Shown: piece by piece, positions 28,004 through 36,101 of the stretch | Numbering within the stretch: position 1 is the stretch's first letter | Layout: each line of letters begins with the position of its first letter | Origin: an uncultured bacterium | Lineage (GTDB): Bacteria > CSSED10-310 > CAZUFC01 | DNA length: 49,856 nucleotides | Direction: 5' to 3' | Assembly (NCBI GenBank): GCA_964619725.1 | Contig: CAZUFC010000060.1 | Location: forward strand, 1-49,856 | Notes under the pieces: generated by a model | What the model was told of the DNA's origin: nothing | The model's database searches: none | What the model saw: only the letters and a program-made list of their open reading frames with translations | Position numbers and translations under genes: made by a program

Positions 28004-29053
28004 ATGGGAGGTATGCGGATGATTTTGGCAGGTGATATCGGCGGGACTAAATCAATACTGGGACTATTCGATCCTGAAAAAATATCCAGGGACGGCAGGA
28101 ACGCTCCCTTGCTCTTAAAAAAGTCCAGTTATTCCAATGACAGGTATGAAGGATTGGAACCGATTATTTCTGATTTTCTGAACCAGGCCGGGTTGCAGGA
28201 ACTGGCTGTCGCCGTTTTCGGGGTTGCCGGACCTGTTTTCGCCAACAAGAGCGAACCGTCCAACTTGAGCTGGACCATTGACGGAGAATCAATATCGAAA
28301 GGTTTCAACATTCCGGACGTTCATATCATCAACGATCTGGCGGCTGCTGCAGAAGGTATTCCAGCCATGAAGCAGGAAGAATTGCTGATCATCCAGGAGG
28401 GCCTCCCCGGCAATGAAGCGAAAACCGCTGCTCTGATAGCACCCGGAACAGGACTGGGTATGGCCGTGCTCCATACCGTCGACGACCAGAGAACGGTATT
28501 CCCCTCTGAAGGCGGTCACGCCGATCTCGCAGCGCCTTCCGTCAATGAATGGAAACTGCTGAAATACTTGCATGGAAAATATGTAAATCACCTCAGCATA
28601 GAAAGAGTCCTCTGCGGGTACGGCGTATACGAACTTTACCGTTATGTTGTCGATATCGAAGGTATGCCTGAAAACGAAAATGTCGAAAAACAGGCGGGAA
28701 TCGACGATCGTCATACACCGGAAATAATCAGCGACCAGGCTTTCGAATCCCGTTGCCCCGCGTGCGCCAAAGCCCTGGAAATTTTTCTTAAATTTTTCGG
28801 CGCCGCCGCAGGCAACCTGGCCCTGATCTCGCTGGCATACGGCGGAGTCTTCCTGGGAGGCGGAATCAGTCCTAAAATATTGCCCCATGGCAATCTCGAC
28901 ATATTTATTCAGGCTTTCAACGCCAAAGGCCGCCTGGAGGATGTAATGAAAAAATTCCCCGTAAAAGCGATCATGAACCAGGAAATTGCATTATGGGGAG
29001 CCGCTCTGCACGGCAGCAGCCTCCTAAAAAAACGGAAAAGCCGTCAGTCCTGA
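28004..29053 (+). CDS. glk: Glucokinase
   Basis: LAGDIGGTK, GVAGPV, INDL, APGTGLG, PSEGGH, GGVFLGGGISPKI. Confidence 0.95.
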   Translation: MGGMRMILAGDIGGTKSILGLFDPEKISRDGRNAPLLLKKSSYSNDRYEGLEPIISDFLNQAGLQELAVAVFGVAGPVFANKSEPSNLSWTIDGESISKGFNIPDVHIINDLAAAAEGIPAMKQEELLIIQEGLPGNEAKTAALIAPGTGLGMAVLHTVDDQRTVFPSEGGHADLAAPSVNEWKLLKYLHGKYVNHLSIERVLCGYGVYELYRYVVDIEGMPENENVEKQAGIDDRHTPEIISDQAFESRCPACAKALEIFLKFFGAAAGNLALISLAYGGVFLGGGISPKILPHGNLDIFIQAFNAKGRLEDVMKKFPVKAIMNQEIALWGAALHGSSLLKKRKSRQS

Positions 29054-29289
29054 TCTTATGAGCGAGGTAGAAAAAGTGTTTCTCCCGAACCGGTCAAACA
29101 CCGGTTTCCAGACCATTATTTCATCCAGCAGAATGTCCTGGCCTGTTTGAAAGGTCCCGGTTTTTATGATAAAAAATAATGTAAATCGCTGAGCTTCGGA
29201 CGGTCGTTCCGAAGCTGACGACTGACGAATCCTCTTCTGGAATTAAGTGATTCGTTAAAATCGATGTTTTGCTGCCAAGGGAGGTCGCT

Positions 29290-29937
29290 ATGAAATTAAT
29301 GTCCATATTGTCGATTTTTCTCATTGTCTGCATTTCTTTTGCCGCTGTGGCCGAAGAAAAAACCGAAGCGGAAAAGAAGATAACGGTTGAAAAAAAGGAT
29401 ACGGCTAAAGAGAAGGAAGCCGTCGAAAAAGAAACAAAGGAAAAACCTAAAGTCGAACACAAGATGTTGGGAATTTCAGTCAAGGACATGGAACCCGCGA
29501 TTCTTTTCATGAAGAAGGTCAAGGGCAGTTATGACAAGCATGAATCCGTCATTCCTGAAGTTTATTCTCAACTGGCGCGCCTGGGAATTCAACCCGCGGG
29601 TCCTGTGATGGGAATATACTATGACAATCCGCAGCAGGTTGCCGAGGAAAAACTGCACTGGGCAATAGCGCTGCCCGTCAAGGAAAAGACGGAACAGTCG
29701 CTTCCGACAGGTTACGTTTTCGAGGAAAAAGAGGCATACAAAGCCGCAACGGCAACCATCAAGGGGCCTTATGGAGACCTCAGCAAGTTCTACGTCGACC
29801 TGTATGACTGGATTGCGGAGCAGGGCTATATGCCGGCGGGACCGCCCATGGAGAGCTGGCTGGGCGATCCGACCAGTACGCCGCCGTCCGAATTGAAAAC
29901 TGAATTAATCGTACCTATAACCAAACCGAACATGTAA
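29290..29937 (+). CDS. Exported GyrI-like small-molecule-binding protein
   Basis: GGGAGG RBS, signal peptide, Lys/Glu-rich spacer, GPVMGIYYDNP...KGPY...WIAEQGY...ESW...TEL GyrI-like domain. Confidence 0.8.
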   Translation: MKLMSILSIFLIVCISFAAVAEEKTEAEKKITVEKKDTAKEKEAVEKETKEKPKVEHKMLGISVKDMEPAILFMKKVKGSYDKHESVIPEVYSQLARLGIQPAGPVMGIYYDNPQQVAEEKLHWAIALPVKEKTEQSLPTGYVFEEKEAYKAATATIKGPYGDLSKFYVDLYDWIAEQGYMPAGPPMESWLGDPTSTPPSELKTELIVPITKPNM

Positions 29938-30025
29938 TGCCGACCTGTACCGTTATCAGCGCCGGATGAATTACATCCTTGCTGCCGTCCCAGGATTCTA
30001 CAGAAAATATAAGATTTAATGCACA

Positions 30026-33000
30026 ATGACGCCTTTCGTGCATCTTCATGTGCATACCTGTTTCAGTTTGCTGGACGGAATGGTTCGAATCGGGGAACTG
30101 TGCCGTCGGGTAAAGGAACTCGGTATGAGTTCCGTAGCGATAACCGATCACGGCTCCTCTTTCGGCTGGATTGATTTTGCTCGAACTGCTGAGCAGAATG
30201 ATATTCATCCGGTATTGGGCGTCGAACTTTATGTCTCCGAAGTTCCACGCTCCATCAAGGAAAAAGAAGCGCTGGACAGGATACGTCACCTGGTTCTGCT
30301 GGCGGAAACGGAGCAAGGCCGCAAGAATATCCTGCGATTAATAACGCTCGGACATACAGAAGGTTTTTACCGGAAACCCCGCGTGGATTTTGAGGACCTG
30401 GAAAATCACAGCGAAGGTATAATAGCTCTCACTGCCTGTCTGAAAGGATTAATTTCGTGGAACATTCATTCCGGAGTGAAGGAAAAGTCTGAAGGTTATC
30501 TGAAAAACCTGCTGGACATATATGGACGAGACCATCTTTATCTTGAGCTTATGGACCACGGGTTAGCGGAACAGGCGAAAGTAAACGGGGCATTATTCGA
30601 ATTATCGAAACGTTATTCGATTCCCCTGGCCGCGACTAATGACGTTCATTATCTTGATCGGAAGAACCATGCGGACCATGAAGTTTTTCTGGCGGTTCAG
30701 ACGGCGACGAGCATTGATGATCCTCAGAGGATGAGCTATGGAACAGACCAAATGTATTTAAAGAGTCCTCAGGAGATGAACGAAATTTTTGGTGAAACGC
30801 CGGAAGTCCTGCGCAATACTGTCGAGATAGCCGAGCGGTGCCGGGCGACGATTGACTTCGAAAGCCTGCATTTGCCTGACATTGAGCCGCCGAACGGCAG
30901 GGACCTGGACTCATCGTTAAAGGAAGCCTGTTGGGAAGGTTTGCACAGGAGAGGCATGGCGGAATCGACAGAGGCGCAGGAGCGTCTGGCCTATGAACTG
31001 CAGGTCATAATCCGCAAAGGACTGGCAGGCTATTTTCTTATCGTAAGCGATATAGCCGGTTTTGCCGTCACAAACGGGATATCCCTGGGAGCGGGACGCG
31101 GTTCTGCCGCCGGATCGCTGGTATCCTACGTCCTGGGCATAACCGATGTCGATCCCTTGAAGCATAAGCTTTATTTCGAACGCTTTCTGAATCCTGAACG
31201 CAAGGGACTGCCGGACATTGATATAGATATAGGACATAAAGACCGGGACAGCATTTTTGAATATCTGTGCCGTAAATACGGCCAGGACAGGGTGGCTCAC
31301 ATTGCGACGCTCGATGCTTTTTCTGCCAGGTCGGTCATCAGAGATGTCGGAAGATCGCTCAACCTTCCTTACGGTAAAGTGGACAGACTGGCGAAACGAA
31401 TACCTTTTTCTTATAGAGGCCTTACCCTGGAACAGGCTGTTCAGGCAGACCCTGAATTGAAAAAACGCATTGCGGCCGATAAGGAATACCAGGAGATAGT
31501 AAGAATCGGAAAGGAATTCGAGGGCTTGCCCCGGCATGCCTCGATTCATGCAGCAGGGGTCGTCATCGCTGACGGTCCGTTGACCGATTATACGGCACTG
31601 CAATTGACGCCCAAAGAGGAACTGATTACTCAAGCCACCATGGAACCCATAGAAGCCATCGGTTTGTTGAAAATCGACCTCCTGGGACTGAGGTTTCTGA
31701 GCGTCATCCAGGAAAGTTTTACCCTGATCTGCAGCAATACAGGACAGAATATTTCGGTCTCCGACATACCCATGGATGATCCTGCAACATATGCTCTGCT
31801 TGCGGAAGGAGAAACGGAAGGACTCTTTCAGGTTGAAAGCGCAGGTTTCCAACGCTTATTGAAAAAACTCAAACCGGAAAACCTGGAAGACGTTATCGCC
31901 GCCTTATCGCTCTATCGTCCCGGACCCCTGGGCGGCGGAGTCGTCGATACTTACATCGAAAGAAGACACGGCAGGCGTTCCGTCGAATATATCGATCCGG
32001 CCCTGGAAGAAGTCCTCGGAGACACATACGGCGTCATCGTTTACCAGGAACAGGTCATGGAAGCGGCGCGCCGGTTTGCAGGATATACGCTGGGAGAAGC
32101 GGACCGGCTGCGCAGAGCCATGTCTAAAAAACTGATCAGACAGTTGAAAGGCGAAAAAGAACGCTTCATCAAAAAAGCCATGCAGCAGGGCAAATCTACT
32201 CAAATTGCCGAAAAAGTCTTCACCCTGCTGTCGTACTTCGGCGGATACGGCTTCAATAAAGCCCACAGCACAGGTTACGCCGTCGAAGTCGTCCGGACAG
32301 CCTGGCTGAAAACTCATTATTTCTCGGAATATTGGGTTTGCCTGCTCAATAATAACCTCGGATTCTCGCCGATCCTCGAAAAATGGCTTAATATCGCCAA
32401 AAGAAAAGGGTTCAACCTTCTATTGCCCGACGTTAATAAAAGCGATACCGGGTTTACCCTCGAAGACCGCCGTTCGATCAGAATTGGATTAAGCCAGGTT
32501 AAAAAACTGGGCTATAAAGGATGCAGCGAAATCATAACACAACGAAACAAGCACGGAGAATTCAAATCCCTCCAGGACTTTATTCGGCGCATCGACTCCA
32601 GGACCGTCACCCGTAGATCAATCGAAAACATGATTAAAATCGGAGCCTTCGATTGGACCGGCGCACGAAGAACTCAAATGGCCGCCGTTCTCCCGGCAAT
32701 CCTGAAAAAAACCGGAACGGCCCAAAAAAAAGCGCAACCTCTGCAACCCTCTCTTTTCCCGCAGGAAACCGAGGTCAGAGATACCCCGTTAGAATTACCT
32801 GACCTTCCCGAATTTTCCCCTGCAGAAATGCTCGAATTGGAGAAAGAAATACTCGAACTATACGTTTCCGGTCATCCCCTCGATCCCTTCCGTGAAAAAT
32901 TGAAAGAATCCGGCGCTGTCGAACTTGATATTCTCATGGATGAAACATCCGATAAAAAAATCAAAACCGCCGGCATTTTCACCAAATGCAGAAGAATCAA

Positions 33001-33202
33001 AACAAAAAGCAAAAGAAATATGGCCTTCTGCACTTTGGAAGACGGCCAGGGAATGCTTGATGCCGTCCTCTTCCCTGAAGTATGGAAAAACGCTAAAAAA
33101 CTCATTGATAATAAAATTCCCGTCCGGGTCAAAGGAAAACTGGAAATCAACGAATCCGGCCGCTCACTTATCGTAGACGAAATAAATCCCCTGGAAAAAT
33201 AA
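30026..33202 (+). CDS. dnaE: DNA polymerase III alpha subunit
   Basis: PHP domain HLHVH..FSLLDG, AITDHG, GRGSAAGS, LPDIDID, YGFNKAH, QPSLF clamp motif, OB fold. Confidence 0.95.
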   Translation: MTPFVHLHVHTCFSLLDGMVRIGELCRRVKELGMSSVAITDHGSSFGWIDFARTAEQNDIHPVLGVELYVSEVPRSIKEKEALDRIRHLVLLAETEQGRKNILRLITLGHTEGFYRKPRVDFEDLENHSEGIIALTACLKGLISWNIHSGVKEKSEGYLKNLLDIYGRDHLYLELMDHGLAEQAKVNGALFELSKRYSIPLAATNDVHYLDRKNHADHEVFLAVQTATSIDDPQRMSYGTDQMYLKSPQEMNEIFGETPEVLRNTVEIAERCRATIDFESLHLPDIEPPNGRDLDSSLKEACWEGLHRRGMAESTEAQERLAYELQVIIRKGLAGYFLIVSDIAGFAVTNGISLGAGRGSAAGSLVSYVLGITDVDPLKHKLYFERFLNPERKGLPDIDIDIGHKDRDSIFEYLCRKYGQDRVAHIATLDAFSARSVIRDVGRSLNLPYGKVDRLAKRIPFSYRGLTLEQAVQADPELKKRIAADKEYQEIVRIGKEFEGLPRHASIHAAGVVIADGPLTDYTALQLTPKEELITQATMEPIEAIGLLKIDLLGLRFLSVIQESFTLICSNTGQNISVSDIPMDDPATYALLAEGETEGLFQVESAGFQRLLKKLKPENLEDVIAALSLYRPGPLGGGVVDTYIERRHGRRSVEYIDPALEEVLGDTYGVIVYQEQVMEAARRFAGYTLGEADRLRRAMSKKLIRQLKGEKERFIKKAMQQGKSTQIAEKVFTLLSYFGGYGFNKAHSTGYAVEVVRTAWLKTHYFSEYWVCLLNNNLGFSPILEKWLNIAKRKGFNLLLPDVNKSDTGFTLEDRRSIRIGLSQVKKLGYKGCSEIITQRNKHGEFKSLQDFIRRIDSRTVTRRSIENMIKIGAFDWTGARRTQMAAVLPAILKKTGTAQKKAQPLQPSLFPQETEVRDTPLELPDLPEFSPAEMLELEKEILELYVSGHPLDPFREKLKESGAVELDILMDETSDKKIKTAGIFTKCRRIKTKSKRNMAFCTLEDGQGMLDAVLFPEVWKNAKKLIDNKIPVRVKGKLEINESGRSLIVDEINPLEK

Positions 33203-33238
33203 GGCATTGATCAAGATCGAACCGCAGGACGAACGACC

Positions 33239-33440
33239 TAGTGCTTGTCCATAAACTCGATTCGCGATTCAAATTTCTATGCTGGACAAGCACTGCGGTT
33301 TCTGATCCACAAACGAGCGAATTTTACTTAAGGCAAGGAAGGCAAGGATTTGCGAAGGATGTGTATTACGTTTACTTTGACTGAGCGAATCCGCAGCGTG
33401 ACACAGCATCAGGGGAAATTCGCCGTTTATGGACAGAAAC
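33239..33440 (+). mobile_element. ~200-bp double-palindrome MITE-like element (family B)
   Basis: AGTGCTTGTCCA...TGGACAAGCACT (33240-33294), then GTTTCTGATCCACAAACG...CGTTTATGGACAGAAAC (33298-33440); homologues at 47915-47985 (reverse complement) and 49808-49856. Confidence 0.7.
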
Positions 33441-33620
33441 GACCTGGATTTGTGACGGCATATCCGATATCGAAGGTAGATGGATTGAAAGGATAAAGAA
33501 ATGATAAAAGAAATGGACACCGTAGTCATCAACCTTAGTCTTCCCGATCATGGACTGAAGCGAGGTGATATTGGCGCTGTCATACATTGCTATAAAAATG
33601 GGGAGGTCTTTGAAGTTTGA
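33440..33620 (+). pseudogene. Remnant of a DUF6883-like/DUF4926 TA-like gene pair
   Basis: 3' tail RPGFVTAYPISK...* (33440-33496), then MIKEMDTVVINLSLPDHGLKRGDIGAVIHCYKNGEVFEV* (33501-33620), a truncated DUF4926-like protein. Confidence 0.7.
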
Positions 33621-33728
33621 AAGGTGTTTCGCCCGCGACACTCGCTAATCTATGGATTAAAGAAAAAGTGCTTGAAAAGAACCTGTTGGATGAAGATATA
33701 TCCCGAAACACAGAATGAACCGGACGGC

Positions 33729-34234
33729 GAAAACACCCATTCCAGCGGGTCCCATCTGCCCGAATCGGACTCCGCAAACATGGATGTTTTTCTTGCCAAG
33801 GTCGAACCACTCCTACCTGTACTGGGCCAAGATTTCCTTAAACCAATAGCGAAAACACTCACCCCTCCCAGGAAGAAAGACCTTCTGTTTTGCAAAATCA
33901 AAAATGTGATTGCGAGTGGTCGTCTTACGGAAAGCGGTTTTCTTGTTCTTAAGCTATCCAAGGCAGTTCAGAAGGAGCGTCCGTCAGTGAAGAAATATCC
34001 ATATCCCTCTATCCTGCGTGCTCAGCTTTCTCGAGAAGGAATTCTAACTTTGCGCAAAGACAAGTTTATCTTTTCCAAAACTACGAATTTTCCAGTCCCA
34101 GCGCTGCGGCATCCGTAATTCATGGGGGTCAGGCAAACGGCCGCCAAGAGTGGAAAGATGCCAACGGCACCTCGCTGAAAGAGAAGGAGCAAAAAAGTGT
34201 ATCCAAGAAAGCTATTGAAGTCAATGGCGAGTAG
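33729..34234 (+). pseudogene. C-terminal remnant of a GIY-YIG/DUF4357 protein, frameshifted at ~34078
   Basis: LPESD...LLPVLG...GFLVLK, then in a shifted frame [26 protein letters not shown]. Confidence 0.8.
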
Positions 34235-34720
34235 CATGCTCGGAGTGCCCATACCGGTGATGGACCGCTTTTGCCGTTTAATTAATCCGTAGAAAAGCAA
34301 ATTCTGCGTTTGATCTTACTGCAATTGACGACCATTTCAATTGTTGTTCAATGCGAAAATTACAGAACGACTATGTCTGCGGATAAGCTGGGCATTGTGT
34401 TATTCGAATTCTCCTTTTGTCCCACGCCTTTGAACGCTGAATTAATATCCAGACGAATTGATCAAATGCATCGATATTACTCGGTTCTCGTTTTCCGGTC
34501 AGTAGGAAAATAATTCCGATTCCAGTTAAATTTGGAATTCGAAATGAAATCAAATATAATTCGAAGTTGGGAACCATTGAAATTCGATGGTAATCCTTTT
34601 ATGATGTTTGATGAGGATTGGATGAAGTATAAATTAAACGACGAGAAGGTTTCGGCGTAAGGCGTTGAATATTGATGTATGGAGTCAAACAGTTCATAAT
34701 CGAATCGGCGAGAAACAAGG

Positions 34721-34999
34721 ATGAAGAAAGCCACGATTGTCTGGACTGATTACATGAAGTACCGGATGCGTTTACGAGGATATAAAACTTCGGTGGTTGA
34801 AAAAATACTGCGATACTCTTCCGAGCGATACCTGGATACGGCGACTGGCCGATTAGTCGTAATCGGTAGACATCAACGGCTTCTCGTAATGATTCCATAT
34901 GAACTTGAGGATGACGCTCTGATACCTGTAACGATTCATGCGACAAGCCGCCGCCAAATAAACTCGCGACTCAAATCGGGGAGGTACGAGAATGAGTAA
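34721..34999 (+). CDS. DUF4258-like (BrnT/RelE-fold) toxin
   Basis: Small basic ORF with WTDYMKYRMRLRG and PVTIH; overlaps the next gene. Confidence 0.7.
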   Translation: MKKATIVWTDYMKYRMRLRGYKTSVVEKILRYSSERYLDTATGRLVVIGRHQRLLVMIPYELEDDALIPVTIHATSRRQINSRLKSGRYENE

Positions 35000-35225
35000 G
35001 ACTTGCATGGCATACTTCGCAAAGGATGATGTTATTCATCTATCCATATCAGATGAACCGGAAGCGGGGAGCGTGGAGATCAGTCCCAATATTACTGCTG
35101 AACTCAATGACAAAGGAGAGTTGATAGGTATAGAGATACTTGATGCCAGCAAGTTTATCCGCGATTCCGTGCTCGAGTCCGTCCAAGCCAGGATGTTAAA
35201 TATCACAAAAGCCAAAACAGCTTGA
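34992..35225 (+). CDS. DUF2283 family putative antitoxin
   Basis: DDVIHL...ELNDKGELIGIEILDASK. Confidence 0.8.
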   Translation: MSKTCMAYFAKDDVIHLSISDEPEAGSVEISPNITAELNDKGELIGIEILDASKFIRDSVLESVQARMLNITKAKTA

Positions 35226-35369
35226 AGGCTTTTCAACAATTTGATATGCAAAGTCATTTAGTCCGCTGAGTTTTTCAGGATCAAATTCCCACACTAGAAC
35301 AAGAGTTATTATGAACGGGTGGAACAAACTTGCTCATGAAATCAATCAGAACAATTTTAAATGCATCAT

Positions 35370-35458
35370 GTCCAAACACCGAATGAACCGGACGGCGAAA
35401 ACAACATTTCAAAAAGCTGCACCTGATCCTCGCCGCCGGTTATCCTTAGCCGTCGAAC
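35370..35458 (+). other. Degenerate integron attC-like site; its left half is repeated at ~33702-33733
   Basis: CCAAAC...AT(G)AACCGG(A)CGGCGA-loop-TCGCCGCCGGTTAT...GTCGAAC; the arms pair with two extrahelical bases. Confidence 0.5.
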
Positions 35459-35717
35459 TAAGACGCTTCGCGGGCAACTTATGCGAAGGCATCCCGCCAA
35501 CTGATTGAAGTCATTTTCCCACGCCTTTGATTTCGAGGCATCACGCCCATTCGTTCCCATTGCAGCAACCAAATAAGTAGTGTATATCCTTTCACTGTGC
35601 GCTGGCGGCATGGATGCGCGCGAGGAAGGGCTTGCATTCCCTGGTAAACCCCAGCGCAAAAGCATGCGAGTTGCCGCCATCGTTGGTTTCATTCTGACCG
35701 TGTCCCTTCCATTCTGA

Positions 35718-35818
35718 ATTTTGTTTCGATTTCGATTTCGATCCTGAGACAGACCTCGATTAATCAAACAAACAGTCACAAGTCTATAAAAAAATGTAAC
35801 CCCGGTTTGATCAGTTCC
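35718..35818 (-). mobile_element. Family A element, partial copy (5' half)
   Basis: TTTCGATTTCGAT...TGTAACCCCGGTTTGATCAGTTCC. Confidence 0.65.
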
Positions 35819-35989
35819 AAAAAACGTTTCAGTATGATAAGATTGAACTCTTGACCCGTAACGGCGCCGCCAAAAATGAAATAGAATCATTCTCATTATG
35901 CTCTTCTCTTTTCGCGTGAATTCGCGTGATTTCGCGGGTAAAAATCCTTGGAAAATGCTTTAATCATTTGCAGATGCAGGAGTGCGAAG

Positions 35990-36021
35990 GGGTCTGCGAA
36001 GGGGTCAGAGCCCTGCGGAAA
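35990..36021 (+). repeat. 32-bp REP-like hairpin repeat, copy 1
   Basis: GGGTCTGCGAAGGGGTCAGAGCCCTGCGGAAA; one mismatch to 48153-48184. Confidence 0.8.
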
Positions 36022-36101
36022 GCTTCCAGCATGCAACCTTTCCTTGAATTATGCGAGGAATACAGTAGGATTATGACGACGAATTTCAGGAGGATCGCTA
36101 T

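Noticed and set aside
29083-29107. Possible family A end after glk
   Set aside because: Similarity is too short and degenerate; it could equally be a small local hairpin
35366-35896. 176-aa minus-strand ORF
   Set aside because: It runs through a family A fragment and the attC-like site and has no recognisable domain
35909-35940. TTCGCGTG short tandem repeat
   Set aside because: Only three units with no inverted partner or associated gene in the window
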